Shown here one piece after another: positions 37,531 through 50,699 of a DNA stretch of 60,000 nucleotides. The notes below the pieces were generated by a model. That model was not told where the DNA came from. It worked only from the letters and a program-made list of their open reading frames with translations, and ran no database searches. The position numbers and the translations under genes were made by a program. Every line of letters begins with the position of its first letter. Position 1 is the first letter of the stretch. The DNA comes from Squalus acanthias (Eukaryota): contig CM059437.1 in assembly GCA_030390025.1 (NCBI GenBank), positions 20,276,001 through 20,336,000 of the forward strand, written 5' to 3'.

Positions 37531-40524
37531 ATTCCTGGTGATGGTGTGAGCAGCCTAACTGCACATTGCCCTCTACTGCTGCTAGAGTGACCGGCCGCCT
37601 GACATTACTTCCTTGTGACACTCAGCCGTGACTGTGATGGAAAATATTTGGCATGAAACTGTGCCCTGCCTTCTCCACGACATGCTGAAATGCCAGTGTC
37701 AGGAAGTGTACTCTTGAAAGCTTTAATAATATCTGATGAAACAATACTTTTGTAGCTCGAGCAACACAGCTAACCTGATAACGCACAACCCATTAAATGT
37801 GATTGACCAACCCAATAAAGGTTACAAAATGAACTGAGAGGTGTCAAATGTTACAGTTTATACATCTATTTAATTACATTAGCTGTACTTTCCTTGCGAC
37901 CATAGCACGTTATCCTTTTTGGGCATAAGAATTAAGCAACTATTTTTAAGCACAGCTTTCTAAATGAAACCTTCTAACAATCTAGCTACGTACATGAAGA
38001 ATGCCTCCTCTTAAAAGAAAATCTATAAAACTTTACAATAAGCTGCCATTTGGGGATTTATTCCACCCCCAACTGATAGTCTCCAAACAACAATGAGTCA
38101 TTAACATCTCTCTCCATTAAAGGTTTATTAACCTTGCTAACCTCAGTAGAGCACAGGAATAATCCTTCTCGACATCCAATAAACCTGCCTTTGCTCAAGA
38201 ATTGTACTGTCATATAAATGATTATTTTGTTTATAAAAATGGTCTATTTTTCTCACAGCAGGGGGGTGCAGCAAGCTGTGTCAATGGCTCTTATACTCTG
38301 AGACAAATTGAACAAGCCACGTTTTATTTTCCTGCCTGCAGGGCTCTCATCAACAAATGCCATTATCTGGAACTCTATACCTCATGCACTGAAGTTCAGC
38401 TGCAGAATTAAAAACTACATCCTGAATCAGACTGTGGAAAATCTGCTGCTTGCTTATTCCTACCACAGGTCAAATATTCCAGCATGTACAAAAAAACCAA
38501 AGTCACGGGGAGATGTTTGAGAGCAGTTTGGTTTGGACCGCTCTGCCCAGTTTGGACCGCTCTTCCAACAACTACCTCTTGTCAGTATCATGCAATGACA
38601 GCCCAGCTGAATTTAGGGATTCAGTGTTGGGGAGAAGGCGCATTCACTGTGGTTAAGAACATAGGATATTTTTAGGAGCGAGGAAAAGCCATTCTGTGCA
38701 ACAAGCCTGTCCCATCCAATAGTTCAATCCCAGCCAAACCTTCCTTTTCTTCAAATGTCTCCATTCCTTCACTCTATGAAAGCTCATTTAATTGTCTCTA
38801 TGCCTGTTTATGTTGTGCACTTCAACAGCTCTTCCCTGGTAACTTTGGGTGTGGATGAACAAATTCCTACCTGAGTTTCCTTCTTCCTAATTTTTACCTT
38901 TTTTATTTCCAGTGCTTTGGCACAGCGAGCAACTTGTTGATCCACTTCAGCGATTCCATTATACTCGCCAAAACTTCAATTAAATTGCCTTTTTAAAAAG
39001 TCCTTTTCTGTTGTGTGAGATGCACGCGACTTCTGTCCGGTTCCCCATGTGAGGGTCTTGCACAGATAGCTGCAAGCGAAATGGAGAATTGCCAGGATTT
39101 GCTAAGCCTGACTGCTGGGAAGACCCATTTTTAGCAGATCTTAACTACCAGTCCTGTTAAGTCCCAACAGTTTTATATTTGGCTTGCAGTCAGTTGCACA
39201 AGACCTGTGCTTCTGAAACCCACCAGCTCTAGTGCAGGGTATACGTACCTGACAGCACCTTTTCTCAACTGAGTACCCTGACTTTGGTCACCTTTCCTCA
39301 TAACTTAAATTTCAGATCACTAGAATCATCTTTGTCACTCCCCTCTGTACCCTCTCGAGAACAATAAATATCTATCCTCTATTATGGAGCAAGTCTTTGT
39401 ACCCCGTTCCTGGTGGAAAGTCTTGCTCAATAGGAGCACGGATTGGAGAATCGGTCGGGGAGGTCAGCGTGCATGATTTGCAGTGGGATTTTCCAGTCAT
39501 CAATCCGCACTCCCATCGACCGAGCCAGGAGGGGGAGTCTCTGAGAATTTATCTCCATGTGATGATAACAGCAATAAGAAAAGTGTAAGCTGAGATACAA
39601 CTGTATCTTCAGAAATCTGGGTTCTTGCATGGTGCTACGTGTCCGTGTGCTGTTCATCAAGGCACAGGCTCGTTAGATGCCTTGTCTCAGTACCAGCTTC
39701 CCTGTGGCAAACGGGCTCATTACTAGAAGAGAAATGAGAGATTTGGGAATCGGCTTGTGTGCGAGGTTGTGACTAAAAGCCAGTAGTTCTGTGCAGCATT
39801 CCTGGAAAATGTGCAGATGCTTGTCCAGTACCAGAGAAAATCATGTTGCACCATCTGAAAATGCAGATTGATTTAATACAATTCCTTTGTGTCCACATTT
39901 ATTTCAGTCTTGACAGTGCTATACATTCTAATTTACATAGGGCATTTGTCAGCCAGCTGAGGGTCAACGCTCTTCTCTGCATCGTGCCAGCAGCTAGGCT
40001 GTAGTTATGGAAACGGAAGCTACAGTATCTGTTGCGGCGATGTAACTCGGTGTTAAAGGTCTCTGTAATTGTGATGGAATATATAAGATGTACATCTTGA
40101 TGGGCTGCAATGGTGAAATACCCTCACATATTATATTTAAAGTCTTTTTTTTAATTAAACGTTCCAATTTCCTTTTTTAACTGGTGGTTAGAAAGGTGTG
40201 ACGAGCGTTTTATGTTCAGTCACTTAATAGAATAAAAAGGAACCCACGCAATGCTGTGCTTTTTTTTTTCCACAAGGAAAGGCAATTACTTGGCCTGTTG
40301 AACTCTGACATTTAGAATTCTAGACACCGCTCCCGTTCATTTCTAGTCCATGCAGTGCATGATCCTTTCTAATCCTTTAAGATCGTCACTAGTTTTTCTG
40401 CAGTTTATCACCAAACATGAGCAAATAACATCTTTTTGGAGTATTTAGTACTGATCCCATTGTTAACTGCTTTAATGAAATCTGTGTTAAATAGGTTTAA
40501 TATGCTGGAGGTTAATACTGTGAG

Positions 40525-40759
40525 ATAACAACAGAAAACGCTGGAAAAACTCAGCAGGCCAGGCAGCATCCGTGGAGAGAGAAAGAGAGTTAACGTTTCA
40601 GGTCGATGACCTTTCGTCAGACCAGTTCTGACGAAAGGTCATCGACCTGAAACGTTAACTCTCTTTCTCTCTCCACGGATGCTGCCTGGCCTGCTGAGTT
40701 TTTCCAGCGTTTTCTGTTGTTATTTCAGATTTCCAGCATCCGCAGTATTTTGCTATCGT
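40525..40759 (+). mobile_element. Perfect hairpin mini-PLE (family B) with 14-bp TSD
   Basis: 97-bp arms (40525-40621 and 40627-40723), 5-nt loop, 36-nt tail. TSD gttaatactgtgag at 40511-40524 and 40760-40773. PLE origin is inferred from architecture and the HHR, since no family B ORF is in the window. Confidence 0.9.
40624..40660 (+). ncRNA. Minimal type I hammerhead ribozyme (family B)
   Basis: agtt-CTGACGA-a-aggtc(atc)gacct-GAAACGTT-aact: stem I agtt/aact, palindromic ACGT stem III. Confidence 0.8.
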
Positions 40760-40837
40760 GTTAATACTGTGAGTACTGACTACCTTTTCATCAAAAATGA
40801 GGATGGACATTGGGAATGCTGAGCTCATGGGTATCAG

Positions 40838-41045
40838 GAACATAAGAACAGGAATAGATCATTCAGCCCCTCGAGCATGTTCTTCCCTTCAGTTAAATCA
40901 TGGCTGATCTGTTCCTCAACTCCACTTACCCGCCTTAGCTCCGTGTCCTTTGGTACCCTTACCCAACAAAAATCTATTGAACTCCGTCTTGAAGATTTCA
41001 ATTGATCCAGCATTCACAGAATTTTGGGACAGAGTCCTACATTTC
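40838..41045 (-). mobile_element. CR1 3' tail fragment
   Basis: Homologous to 20282-20490. Confidence 0.75.
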
Positions 41046-41847
41046 CCCCTGTACATTCTATGGAGGAGATCTGGAGTCCTCCTCTCCTTTGTTTATTCCA
41101 TAATGATGTCAGTAGGATCATGAGAATTAGTTTGCAGGAGCCAAACCGTGCGAATGAGCTGAATTAATGAGTAGAAACAGTCAGTAACCTGCGGTACTAC
41201 ACCAATTCTTGTCTTGCCAGCTGTGCGTGTTTATTAAGTCAGTTCTCCACTCTGTCAGGCTTAGCAGCTCCTCTGAGCCAGTGATGCAATTATGTCACTG
41301 TTTCAACAAAATTATTCCCAAAAAAATACTACGGTAGCGAGAAAAACAGTGGGACACAAACATTAATATTTCTATTGAAAATTAAACCGTTACCAAGGAT
41401 TCAGATGTGGCGTTACAGTATTATGAAAATTCAGTAAAATATGTTTAGATTAAGATTTTAAGTATGGAGTTCGGTACCCACTGTACTCAGTTACCATTAG
41501 AAAGCTGATATAACAATTTTGGCAATGTTTAATATTGTTTTTATGTAGGGCGGATGATCATTTATCCTTAGCATTCACTTTGCTTTTCCCAAGGCAGAAA
41601 CAGAATTATTTTCTCTAATCCATGTTAACACAAAATAATGCATTCGATATTGATGTCTTTCCAGCAATTGCTTCAAAATCAGGTTCTGCAGAATTAAATG
41701 AACCTCTATGTAATATATATATATTTTCAGTCAACCGTAGTACAGCAATGGTGAAATGTGTAAGGTACAGGGAATAATGTCCAGGTCCGATAGAAATTGG
41801 AACTGCGTCATCTTGAAATCAGTTAGCACTGAAAGAGTGGGTTAAAA

Positions 41848-42636
41848 GCTCATCTGCTGCTGAACCCTTCATCCATGCCTTTGTTACCTCTGGACGTGAC
41901 TATGCCAATGCTCTCCTGGCCAGCCTTCCATCTTCCACCCTACATAAACTTGAGCTCGTGTTCGTGGACTTACATTGGCTCCTGGTCCGGCAATGCCTCG
42001 ATTTAAAAATTCTCATTCTTGTTTTAAAATCCCCCCCATGGCCTTGCCGCTCCCTATCTCTGTATCCTCCTCCAGCCCTACAACCCTCCGAGATCTCTGC
42101 ACTCCTCCAATTCTGCGCATCCCCAATTGTAATCGCTCCACCATTGGTGGCTGTGCCTTCAGCTGCCTAGGCCCTAAGCTCTGGAATTCCCTCCCTAAAC
42201 CTCTCCGCCTCTCTACCTTTCTCTCCTCCTTTAAGACGCTCCTTAAAACATACCTCTTGGACCAAGCTTTTGGTCATCTGTCCTTAAAGAACATAAGTAC
42301 ATAGTGCCCAAACTCTGTCGATCTGAGTCTTGAATATACTCATCGACTGAGTATCCACAGCCCTCTGGGGTAGAGAATACCAAAGATTCACAACCCTCTG
42401 AGTGAAGAAATTTCTCCTCATCTCTGTCCTAAATGGCCGACCCCTTATCCTGAGACTACGACCCCCAGTTCTAAACTCTCCAGCCAGAGGAAACAGCCTC
42501 TCAGCATCTACCCTGTCAATGTAAGTAAAAGCTCCTTATATGGCTCGTGTCAAATTTTGTTTGATAATGCTCCTGTGAAGCACCATGTGACATTTTACTA
42601 TTTTAAAGGTGCTATATAACTACAAGTTGTTGTTGA
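41848..42636 (+). mobile_element. L2 3' fragment interrupted by a minus-strand CR1 fragment (~42287-42520)
   Basis: Matches 21630-22250 on both sides of an aagaacataag...ctaccctgtc CR1 insert. Confidence 0.82.
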
Positions 42637-43116
42637 CGCATGGCAAAGCAGAACCTCCAAACTGAGGAGGACATGCGTAAAATTGACAAACACTGTGTTG
42701 GAATGTTGAATTTAAATTAATTGAGAGCCCCAGATTACAATCATATTTAGTTCTTTTACTGTGTTGTTTCCTCTTTAAAAGTTGAGTTGCTACATTCTCC
42801 TCTATGTGAAATGAGTATATTATCAGTGCCCATCAGCACCACCTCCTGTAGAATGGTTCGTCGGTTGGAATATCTTGTGTAAAATCTCTTGAGTGACATG
42901 GTGATGTAATTTCATAAATTGGGAATGTTGTCCAGAGGTCAGTCTCCTTATTCGTGATGTCACCGAAAAGAGGGTTATCCACAAAATGTCTGCTCACGGG
43001 CTGCGTCTGAATAGCAGTTCTCAAACACAAAAATGGACAAGGAGACGTTGACAAAAGTATTGTAATAAGAATTGCCCATTCCATGTTTATTGATAAATAT
43101 GGATGATTGACACCAA

Positions 43117-46057
43117 GTGGGGAATTTTAACCCCCAAGAACGGATGGGCTGGGGTCGGGTGGGAAGTAAAAGTTGTAGAATTTTAAAGCGCGACCGCAAC
43201 CCGCCTCCACCGCACCCAGCTCCAGGTTTAACGGAGGCGTGTTTGGCTGCGAGCGGTGACCTGCTCTCTGGAGGCAGACGATAATTCGGACAGGCGGGTT
43301 GGTAATCAGCGCAGCCGTTTACATCATTAGCACATGGTAATGAGACAATTTTGAATTGCTTTATACAGGCATTTGAATTTAATGACTCCAGCACAGGTTG
43401 CTCGGGAAACTCGCCAGTGAAAAGGAGGCGAGATTGAGCAGTACTTCATGGGGATGTTTAAAAATCAGATTGTCCGATATCAATAAAGCCCCAGTGCTTA
43501 CAGCTGCTTAGCAGTTCCCTCTGGCAAGCGTTTTGCAGAGAGTTCTTGTGAGCATAGAGATTTGGAGGCTTTCAAACGGACAACATCAGGATGGGGGAGG
43601 CTATGGATGTTTTTGCTAGGACATTGGATGCGGAAAACAATCACCATCCACGGCCGCCAGTGAGTGTGTCCAGAATCATATGGTGTGCTGCGTCCTACAC
43701 AACATGACGCTCAGAGGATTATAGATGGAGCATGCCCAACGCGCTCATCAATCATCTTTTGATGATGAAAATGTTGAAGAGGAGGAGTAATATGAAGATG
43801 GGGCGTCATTCGCCAGACCAGTCATGTACATTGCTGCCCGGGATGCCCTCATAGCTCGAAGGTTCAGTTACAGACTGGAAAAAATAACAAATGAAACCCA
43901 CCATCACCAACTGCAGCCTCCCCTCAACTTTGCACTAAACAGTCCTTCAACCAAGCATATACCCATTGCACATTCCTCAGTGGGCCCCGTCATGTATTGC
44001 ATTCATCACGAAACAAGTGAAAGGGCGAGTTGGCACTCGGGACGCAATAATGGGCAAGACGCGGAAGTGGTGCTAATCAATAAATTTGATGTGCTGTTAT
44101 TAAAAAAAGGAAACATAACAACATAACATTTTGCCAGACTCCCATGTGCATACCCTTGGTGAATTACAATTGCTTTATCTTAGGCTTCCTACCGCTTCCA
44201 CGTGGTGCATCACGTGTGGCTTCAGCAGAGGTGTCGCGGCAGGCTGGTCAGATCCCTGCCCTGACTGCTGAGATGCTTTTGACCTATGAACTCTGTCCCT
44301 GCCACCAGTCCCTGGGTTTTGGAACCCATGAGGTCACCGCCAAAGACTGCTCCACCTGCATCTGTGCAGGAGCAGACTCGGCCATCGGGAGACGAGACAG
44401 CATGTTGGGTACTGGCTCGGGGGAGTGTGGAGGGGAGGCGGCAGCGGCAACAGTTGAGAAGTGGCTTTGAGTGGAGTTCCCATTTCCATGTCCCCATTTG
44501 CCATCATCCCTCTCCTGGGCCAGCGCCACATCACTCCTACCGCTCTGCTGCAGACCAGCTTGGTGAAGATCATTGATGCATTGTAAGGCCTCCGATAAGG
44601 TATCTGTCATCCTGCTTAAGGTGGCAGACATCTCCTGCACGGCTGTGGTCATCGCCTGCATAGACTCATTCGGGAGCCGTGCTTGAAGCTCCACAGAGAT
44701 GGACGTTCTCTCCATGGTAGACATTCTCGTAATTACCTGCGCCGCAAATCCACTGCTGTTCGAATTGGACTCCTCCATCCTCTCCCCTGTTGTGGAGAGT
44801 GTGCGTGGCACATCTGTCAGTACCTCGCAAAGTTGCTTCTATCATTCTCCTCCTCAACGATAGTCCCCGGGGTTCAGCATCTGTGTCCAGCTGAGCAGAG
44901 CTTGGAGAGGATTGCGCCCCCCCCCCCCCCCCCCCCCCGACGTGGGCTCTTCATAGCTGTCCCTGCCACCAGTGTCTGCTCGTGAATTGTGAATCACCAG
45001 GTGAAAACCGAAGTGGGAGTATTTGTGCTGGTGCATGGCTGTACGTCCTGTGCCGGTGCACCCTCAGAAGGAATGAGGTCTGACGTAAGAAAACTACTAG
45101 GCACTTGGTCTAAGCGTTAAACAAAGCTTTAATCAACTGTTTTACAACATGGAGGTCTAGTTGTGTCCTTTGCTAGTTCCTGTTAAGAATGTCCTGCGCA
45201 AGCTGGGCCCGTGCCCGAGTATTTATACTCTCCCTGGACAGCGCCACCAGCAGGCCGCCCAGTATTATTTCATAAGACATTTTCCATGAATGACAAGATT
45301 CATGTCAAGGTCCTCCTGAGGAATCGTCCTCATGCATCTCCACCGACTCTTGCTCTGTGCCTGAAGGCCCTGGAAGACAAAAGAAAGGGATATGAATTAG
45401 TCATGGCAATGTAACAATCTTGACAATCGCCATTTGCAGGCTTCTCATAGTTCAGTCATTGATGACATAAAGTCAGCATGTGTGTGTCAGAGATATTAAT
45501 TCTGTCACCAGGCATCTGTGAGTTCCCAGTCTCTCCATCTCCGACTGAGATGTGCCACTTATCTCCATGGCCTCCTCCTCTGCATCAGTGAGCTGCACAA
45601 TTTGTGCTGGGCCACATCTAGTCCTGTCCCTCTGCACAATGCTCCTGCTGCTCACCTCCTCAGCCACCTCCAACCACACCTTCTTGGTGATAGCAGCAGG
45701 GGGCCTCCCATTGCTGGGGAAAAGTAGGTCCCTCCTGCTCCTGACTGCACCCAGGAATAATTCAAGGGAAGTATCATTGCATGGTGCTGGCCTTGCTCTT
45801 CATGAATACCTGCTAAATACCTGCTGGCTCCTCCAAATTCCATTTCTGTATTGGCCCTTCAAATAGTGGACTTCAGATCATGTCATGCGGTGGCGCATCA
45901 CCCCCGCTGCGCAGCTTTTGCCACAAAACCCAGAAGGAAAAATTTATGATTCAATCAAGTCGAAATCAGAGAATCCCACTAACTTCCGGATTTCGCGCAT
46001 GCAATTACCCCTCCCACCACCTTGCTCAGAACCCGCCGTTGCATTAATATCGGGCTC
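43117..46057. mobile_element. Second decayed Harbinger element: transposase remnant on +, Myb/SANT remnant on -; ends approximate
   Basis: Left end ggggaattttaacccc. AARDALIARRF (transposase C-terminus) at ~43830. Minus strand WLEVAEEVSSRSIVQR and LTDAEEEAMEISG are homologous to Myb exons 1-2 at 7064-7753. Confidence 0.8.
45081..45307 (-). mobile_element. Solo LTR (227 bp) with 5-bp TSD
   Basis: AGGTC|TGAC...GTCA|AGGTC. On the minus strand TATAAATA precedes ATTAAA. Confidence 0.8.
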
Positions 46058-46309
46058 AACTGTTAAGAGGGATTATAAACTGGGGACACATGGCTGAGGG
46101 AAATAGTGGAATGAACACCCTGCACCTCTCAGAGATCACAAATGGGGGAGATCATTCCGCTCATAAAGGTGTCTGAACTTTCTTAAAAACAGGTGTGTGT
46201 CCTGAGCCTTATTTGGAAATTGGGCTGACCTGGAGGCTGCCACCAAATGGGTTAGTTTAAAAAAAATACTTAACAGAATGTGGAGCCGGGAGGAGCAGGA
46301 GCGCCTCCC

Positions 46310-46398
46310 GATTGTCTCCCGAACACCTTTCCCAGGACTGATTGTCCCCCGAACACCTCTCCCAGGACTGATTGTCCCCCGAACACCTCTCCCAGGAC
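46310..46398. repeat. 30-bp minisatellite x3 inside a MITE-like fragment (~46140-46570)
   Basis: gattgtcccccgaacacctctcccaggact x3, with two substitutions in the first unit. Confidence 0.92.
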
Positions 46399-47148
46399 CT
46401 ATCTGAGGGCCGCTGACCTTGAGGCAGCCGGCCCAACATCGTCCTCTTAGAAGTGGCGAGCTGGTTCGCAACGCCCGATTGATGTCAGCAGCTCACTGGC
46501 AATATGCTGAGAATGCATCCGGCCCAATTTCAGGTGTGCCTGTGGCTTCTGCCGATTAAAGGCCCCAAAACAGACCATTGTGCCATGGCTTTTGTCACCT
46601 AGTGGTTCAGCTAGCTCTACTCCTTGAACATGTCTGGGTAAAACATTAGAAAGAATTAGGAACACAGAAGGATTCTTGAGATGAATAATTTCTTCTGTTA
46701 AATATTAATAACAATATAATAATGTGTGTACCTTCAGAAGTGAAGTGTATTCAACTGTTTCTACCCTGTTGTCAAGGTACTGTGGGCTCTGGAGTGTTTG
46801 TCTCATTAGTGGAGAATGACCCAGTATCCTAGTCCATTAGCAAAATAAATCTCTCACAGCAGGTTCCATTTTATGCGAGATTATAATCACCATTCCTTTT
46901 TAATTAAATGTCATTGTTACCTTCAATAGAAATATTGCTTCTGAACTATAAATTCACTGAAGATTATTTTCAATGCCATTTAAAGGGAAGGGAAGGAAAG
47001 TATGGGGGAGGTACTTTTTTGTTTTAAGCGTTTCCCCTGTTTAGGAAAGAAAATAATATTGGATATCTCTGATTTTTTTTCTTGCTTGCATGGAGATTCT
47101 CGAGTCGGTTCTTCTTTCTTGATAGGCCGCTTATAGAGTCATGTCAAA

Positions 47149-48017
47149 GGGGGAAAAATTCAGTATCGGCTGTGCACAAAGATTAGCGCCTGGCGCTAAT
47201 TATCGCCTCCGACTGCAAACTTGATTTTTATCGCCCCTGGAGGTGATTGGAGCGCTAAATCAGGCGCTACACACCTGTCTTAAGCCGCAAAGGCCGAGGA
47301 GCGAGGCGCTACCTCAGAGCGCTGGCGAAGCTCATGTGATGTCAGTCAGCAATGGAACACAGACACACTGGCGCCGGCCAGTTCTTAAAGGGGAGGGTCG
47401 ATCTTGCTCTACATCCACACCCTGCTCATTGCAGCCTTGAATCTCAGCCTGGAGAGACCTGTACATCAAATCTGTTGGAAAGAACAATGGAGAATACCAG
47501 GGAAAGAGCTCAGACTGCAGCCCCCATATTTTCTTCTAAATCGATGCAAGGAAGATCAAACCAGAAAGAACCTGCAAAGTGCTGCTCCGTACCCAAAACT
47601 CCTCAACACCGCTTTGAATATCTCCTGCAGTCTCTCTCTCTCACTCAGAATGCGTGGTGCAAGAATTTCACCGACAAAAAAAGGCAGGAAGCGGTCGCCT
47701 TTAAATAGCGCTCCCCCAGTCCCTTCCTGACTGCAAAACACTCCCCTCAACCTGTCGTTGCTAGCGGCAGGCGGTAAGACAGGGGGCGCCACTCAATATC
47801 CGGTCCGGGGCGCTACCAGGGCGTTGCACTCTCGACTGACGTCACGATCGGCTGGCGCAGGAGATCGTGGCGGTAGTGTTTAGCGCCGTCGCAAAATGTC
47901 TAGTTAATTTCGAGAGCAGCGCAAAGATCGCCGCGCACGGGCGCTAGTTGCTTTGCGCACCATTAGCGCCCTCTTCAGGCGCTAATGGGAGGCGCAATCC
48001 AACTGAATTTTCCCCTC
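47149..48017. mobile_element. Complete MITE family M1 copy
   Basis: gggggaaaaattcagt ... actgaattttcccctc. Inverted homologue of 2800-3644. Confidence 0.87.
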
Positions 48018-48089
48018 ATAGAGTTATACAGCACAGAAAGAGGCCCTTCGGCCCATCGTGTCTGCGCCGGCCATCAGGCCCTGTCTATT

Positions 48090-50698
48090 CTAATCCCATT
48101 TTCCAGCACTTGGTCCGTAGCCTTGTATGCTATGGCGTTTCAAGTGCTCATCTAAATGCTTCTTGAATGTTGTGAGGGTTCCTACCTCTACCACCCTTTC
48201 AGGCAGTGAGTTCCAGATTCCAACCACCCTCTGGGTGAAAAAGTTTTTTCTCAAATCCCCTCTAAACCTCCTGCCCCTTACCTTGAAACTATGCCCCCTG
48301 GTTATTGACCCCTCTACTAAGGGGAAAAGTTCCTTTCTATCTACCCTATCTATGCCCCTCATAATTTTGTACACCTCAATCAGGTCCCCTCTCAGCTTTC
48401 TCTGCTCTAAGGAAAACAACCCCAGCCTGTCCCGTCTCTCTTCATAGCTGAAGTGCTCCAGCCCAGGTAACATCCTGGTGAATCTCCTCTGCACCCTCTC
48501 CAATGCAATCACATCCCTCTTATAGTGTGGCGACCAGAACTGCACACAGTATTCCAGCTGTGGCCTAACTAGCATTTTGTACAGCTCCATCATAACCTCC
48601 CTGCTCTTATATTCTATGCCTCGGCTAATGAAGGCAAGTATCCCATATGCCTTTTTAACCACCTTATCTACCTGTCCTGCTGCCTTCAGCGATCTATGTA
48701 CATGCACTCCAAGGTCCCTCTGATCCTCTGTCCTTCCTAGGGTCCTACCATTCATTGTGTATTCCCTTGCCTTGTTAGATTTCCCAAAATGCATCACCTC
48801 ACACTTTTCAGGGTTAAATTCCATTTGCCACTGTTCTGCCCATCTAACCATCCCGTCTATATCGTCCTGAGGTTTCCCTCCTCGCTATTTACCACTCCAC
48901 CAATTTTTGTTTCATCTGCAAACTTACTGGTCATACCTCCTACATTCATATCTAAATCATTAATGTACACTACAAACAGCAAAGGACCCAGCACCGATTC
49001 CTGCGGTACACCACTGGACACAGGCTTCCAGTCACAAAAACAACCTTCGACCATCACCCTCTGCCTCCTGCCACTAAGCCAATTTGCCCTGGATCCCATG
49101 GGCTCTTACCTTCTTGACCAGTCTCCCATGCGGGACTTTGTCAAAAGCCTTACTGAAGTCCATGTAGACTACATCAACTACACTACCCTCATCCACACAC
49201 CTCGTCACCCCCTCAAAATTCAATCAAATTGGTTAGACATGATCTCCCCCTAACAAAGCCATGCTGACTATCCCTGCTTAATTCCTGCCTCGCCAAGTGG
49301 AGACTAATTCTGTCCCTCAGAATGTTTTCCTATAATTTCCCTACCACTGATGTTAGGCTCACTGGCCTGTAATTCCCTGGTTTATCCCTACTACCCTTCT
49401 TGAACAATGGTACTACGTTAGCTGTTCTGCAGTCCTCTGGCACCTCCCCTGTGGCCAGAGAGGTTCTGAAAATTTGTGTCAGAGCCCCTGCAATCTCCTC
49501 CCTTGCCTCACACAGCAGCCTGGGATACATCCCGTCAGGGCCTGGGGATTTATCCACTTTTAAGCCCGCTAAAACTGCTAGTACCTCCTCCCTCTCAATA
49601 CTAATTTGTTCAAGTATATCACAATCTGATATACAATCTGATTTCTATGCCTACATCATCCTTCTCCATAGTGAACACAGATGCAAAATATTCATTTAAA
49701 ACCTCACCTACATCTTCCGGCTCTACACACAGATTGCCATTTTGGTCCCTAATGGGCCCTCTGCTTTCCCTGGTTATCCTCTTGCTCTTAATATACTTAT
49801 AAAACACCTTGGGATTTTCCTTTTATTTTGGCCGCCAGTGTTTTTTCATGCCCCCTCTTCGCTCTCCTAATTTCTTTTTTAAGTACCTCCCTGCACTTAA
49901 AAGGTGTACAAAATTATGAGGGACATAGATAGGGTAGATAGAAAGGAACTTTTTCCCCTTAGTAGAGGGGTCAATAACCAGGGGGCATAGTTTCAAGTAA
50001 GGGGCAGGAGGTTTAGAGGGGATTTGAGGAAAAACTTTTTCACCCAGAGGGTGGTTGGAATCTGAAACTCACTGTCTGAAAGGATAGTAGAGGCAGGAAC
50101 CCTCACAACATTCAAGAAGCATTTAGATGAGCACTTGAAACGCCATAGCATACAAGGCTACGGACCAAGTGCTGGAAAATGGGATTAGAATAGACAGGGC
50201 TTGATGGCCGGCGCGGACATGATGGGCCGAAGGGCCTCTTTCTGTGCTGTATGACTCTATGACGCTATGATTTTCTATACTCCTCTAGGGCTTCCACTGT
50301 TTTTAGTCCTTTGTATCTGCCAAAAGCCTCCTTTTTTTTCCTAATCCATTCTTGTATATACCTTGACATCCAGGTTCCCTGGGTTTGTTGGTCCCACCCT
50401 TGACCTTTACGGGAACATATTGGCATTGTACTCTCTCTATTTCCTTTCTGAAAGACTCCCACTGCTCTGATGTGGATTTTCCGACAAGTTGCTGATCCCA
50501 GTCCACTTTGGCCAGATCCTGCCTTATCTTATTAAAATCGGCCTTCCCCCAATTTAGAACCTTTATTTCCGGTCCATCTTTGTCCTTTTCCATGACTACC
50601 TTAAATCTCACCGAATTATGGTCACTGTCACCAAAATGCTCTCCTACTGACACTTCTACCACTTGCCCAGCTACATTCCCTAGAATTAGGTCCAGTAC
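48090..50698 (-). pseudogene. CR1 ORF2 (endonuclease C-terminus + RT), broken
   Basis: GDSDHNSV, KSPGPDGMYPR, NYRPVSLTSVVGK, SGVPQESVLGP, KFADETK, LVRPQLEYC, with frameshifts and deletions. Confidence 0.9.
49897..50269 (+). mobile_element. CR1 3' fragment inserted antisense within the host CR1 ORF2
   Basis: Reverse complement of ~48018-48378, ending in a tgactcta-type microsatellite tail. Confidence 0.9.
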
Positions 50699-50699
50699 C

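Noticed and set aside
46310..46398. 30-bp repeats as a CRISPR array
   Set aside because: Head-to-tail with no spacers, no cas genes, and a eukaryotic context.
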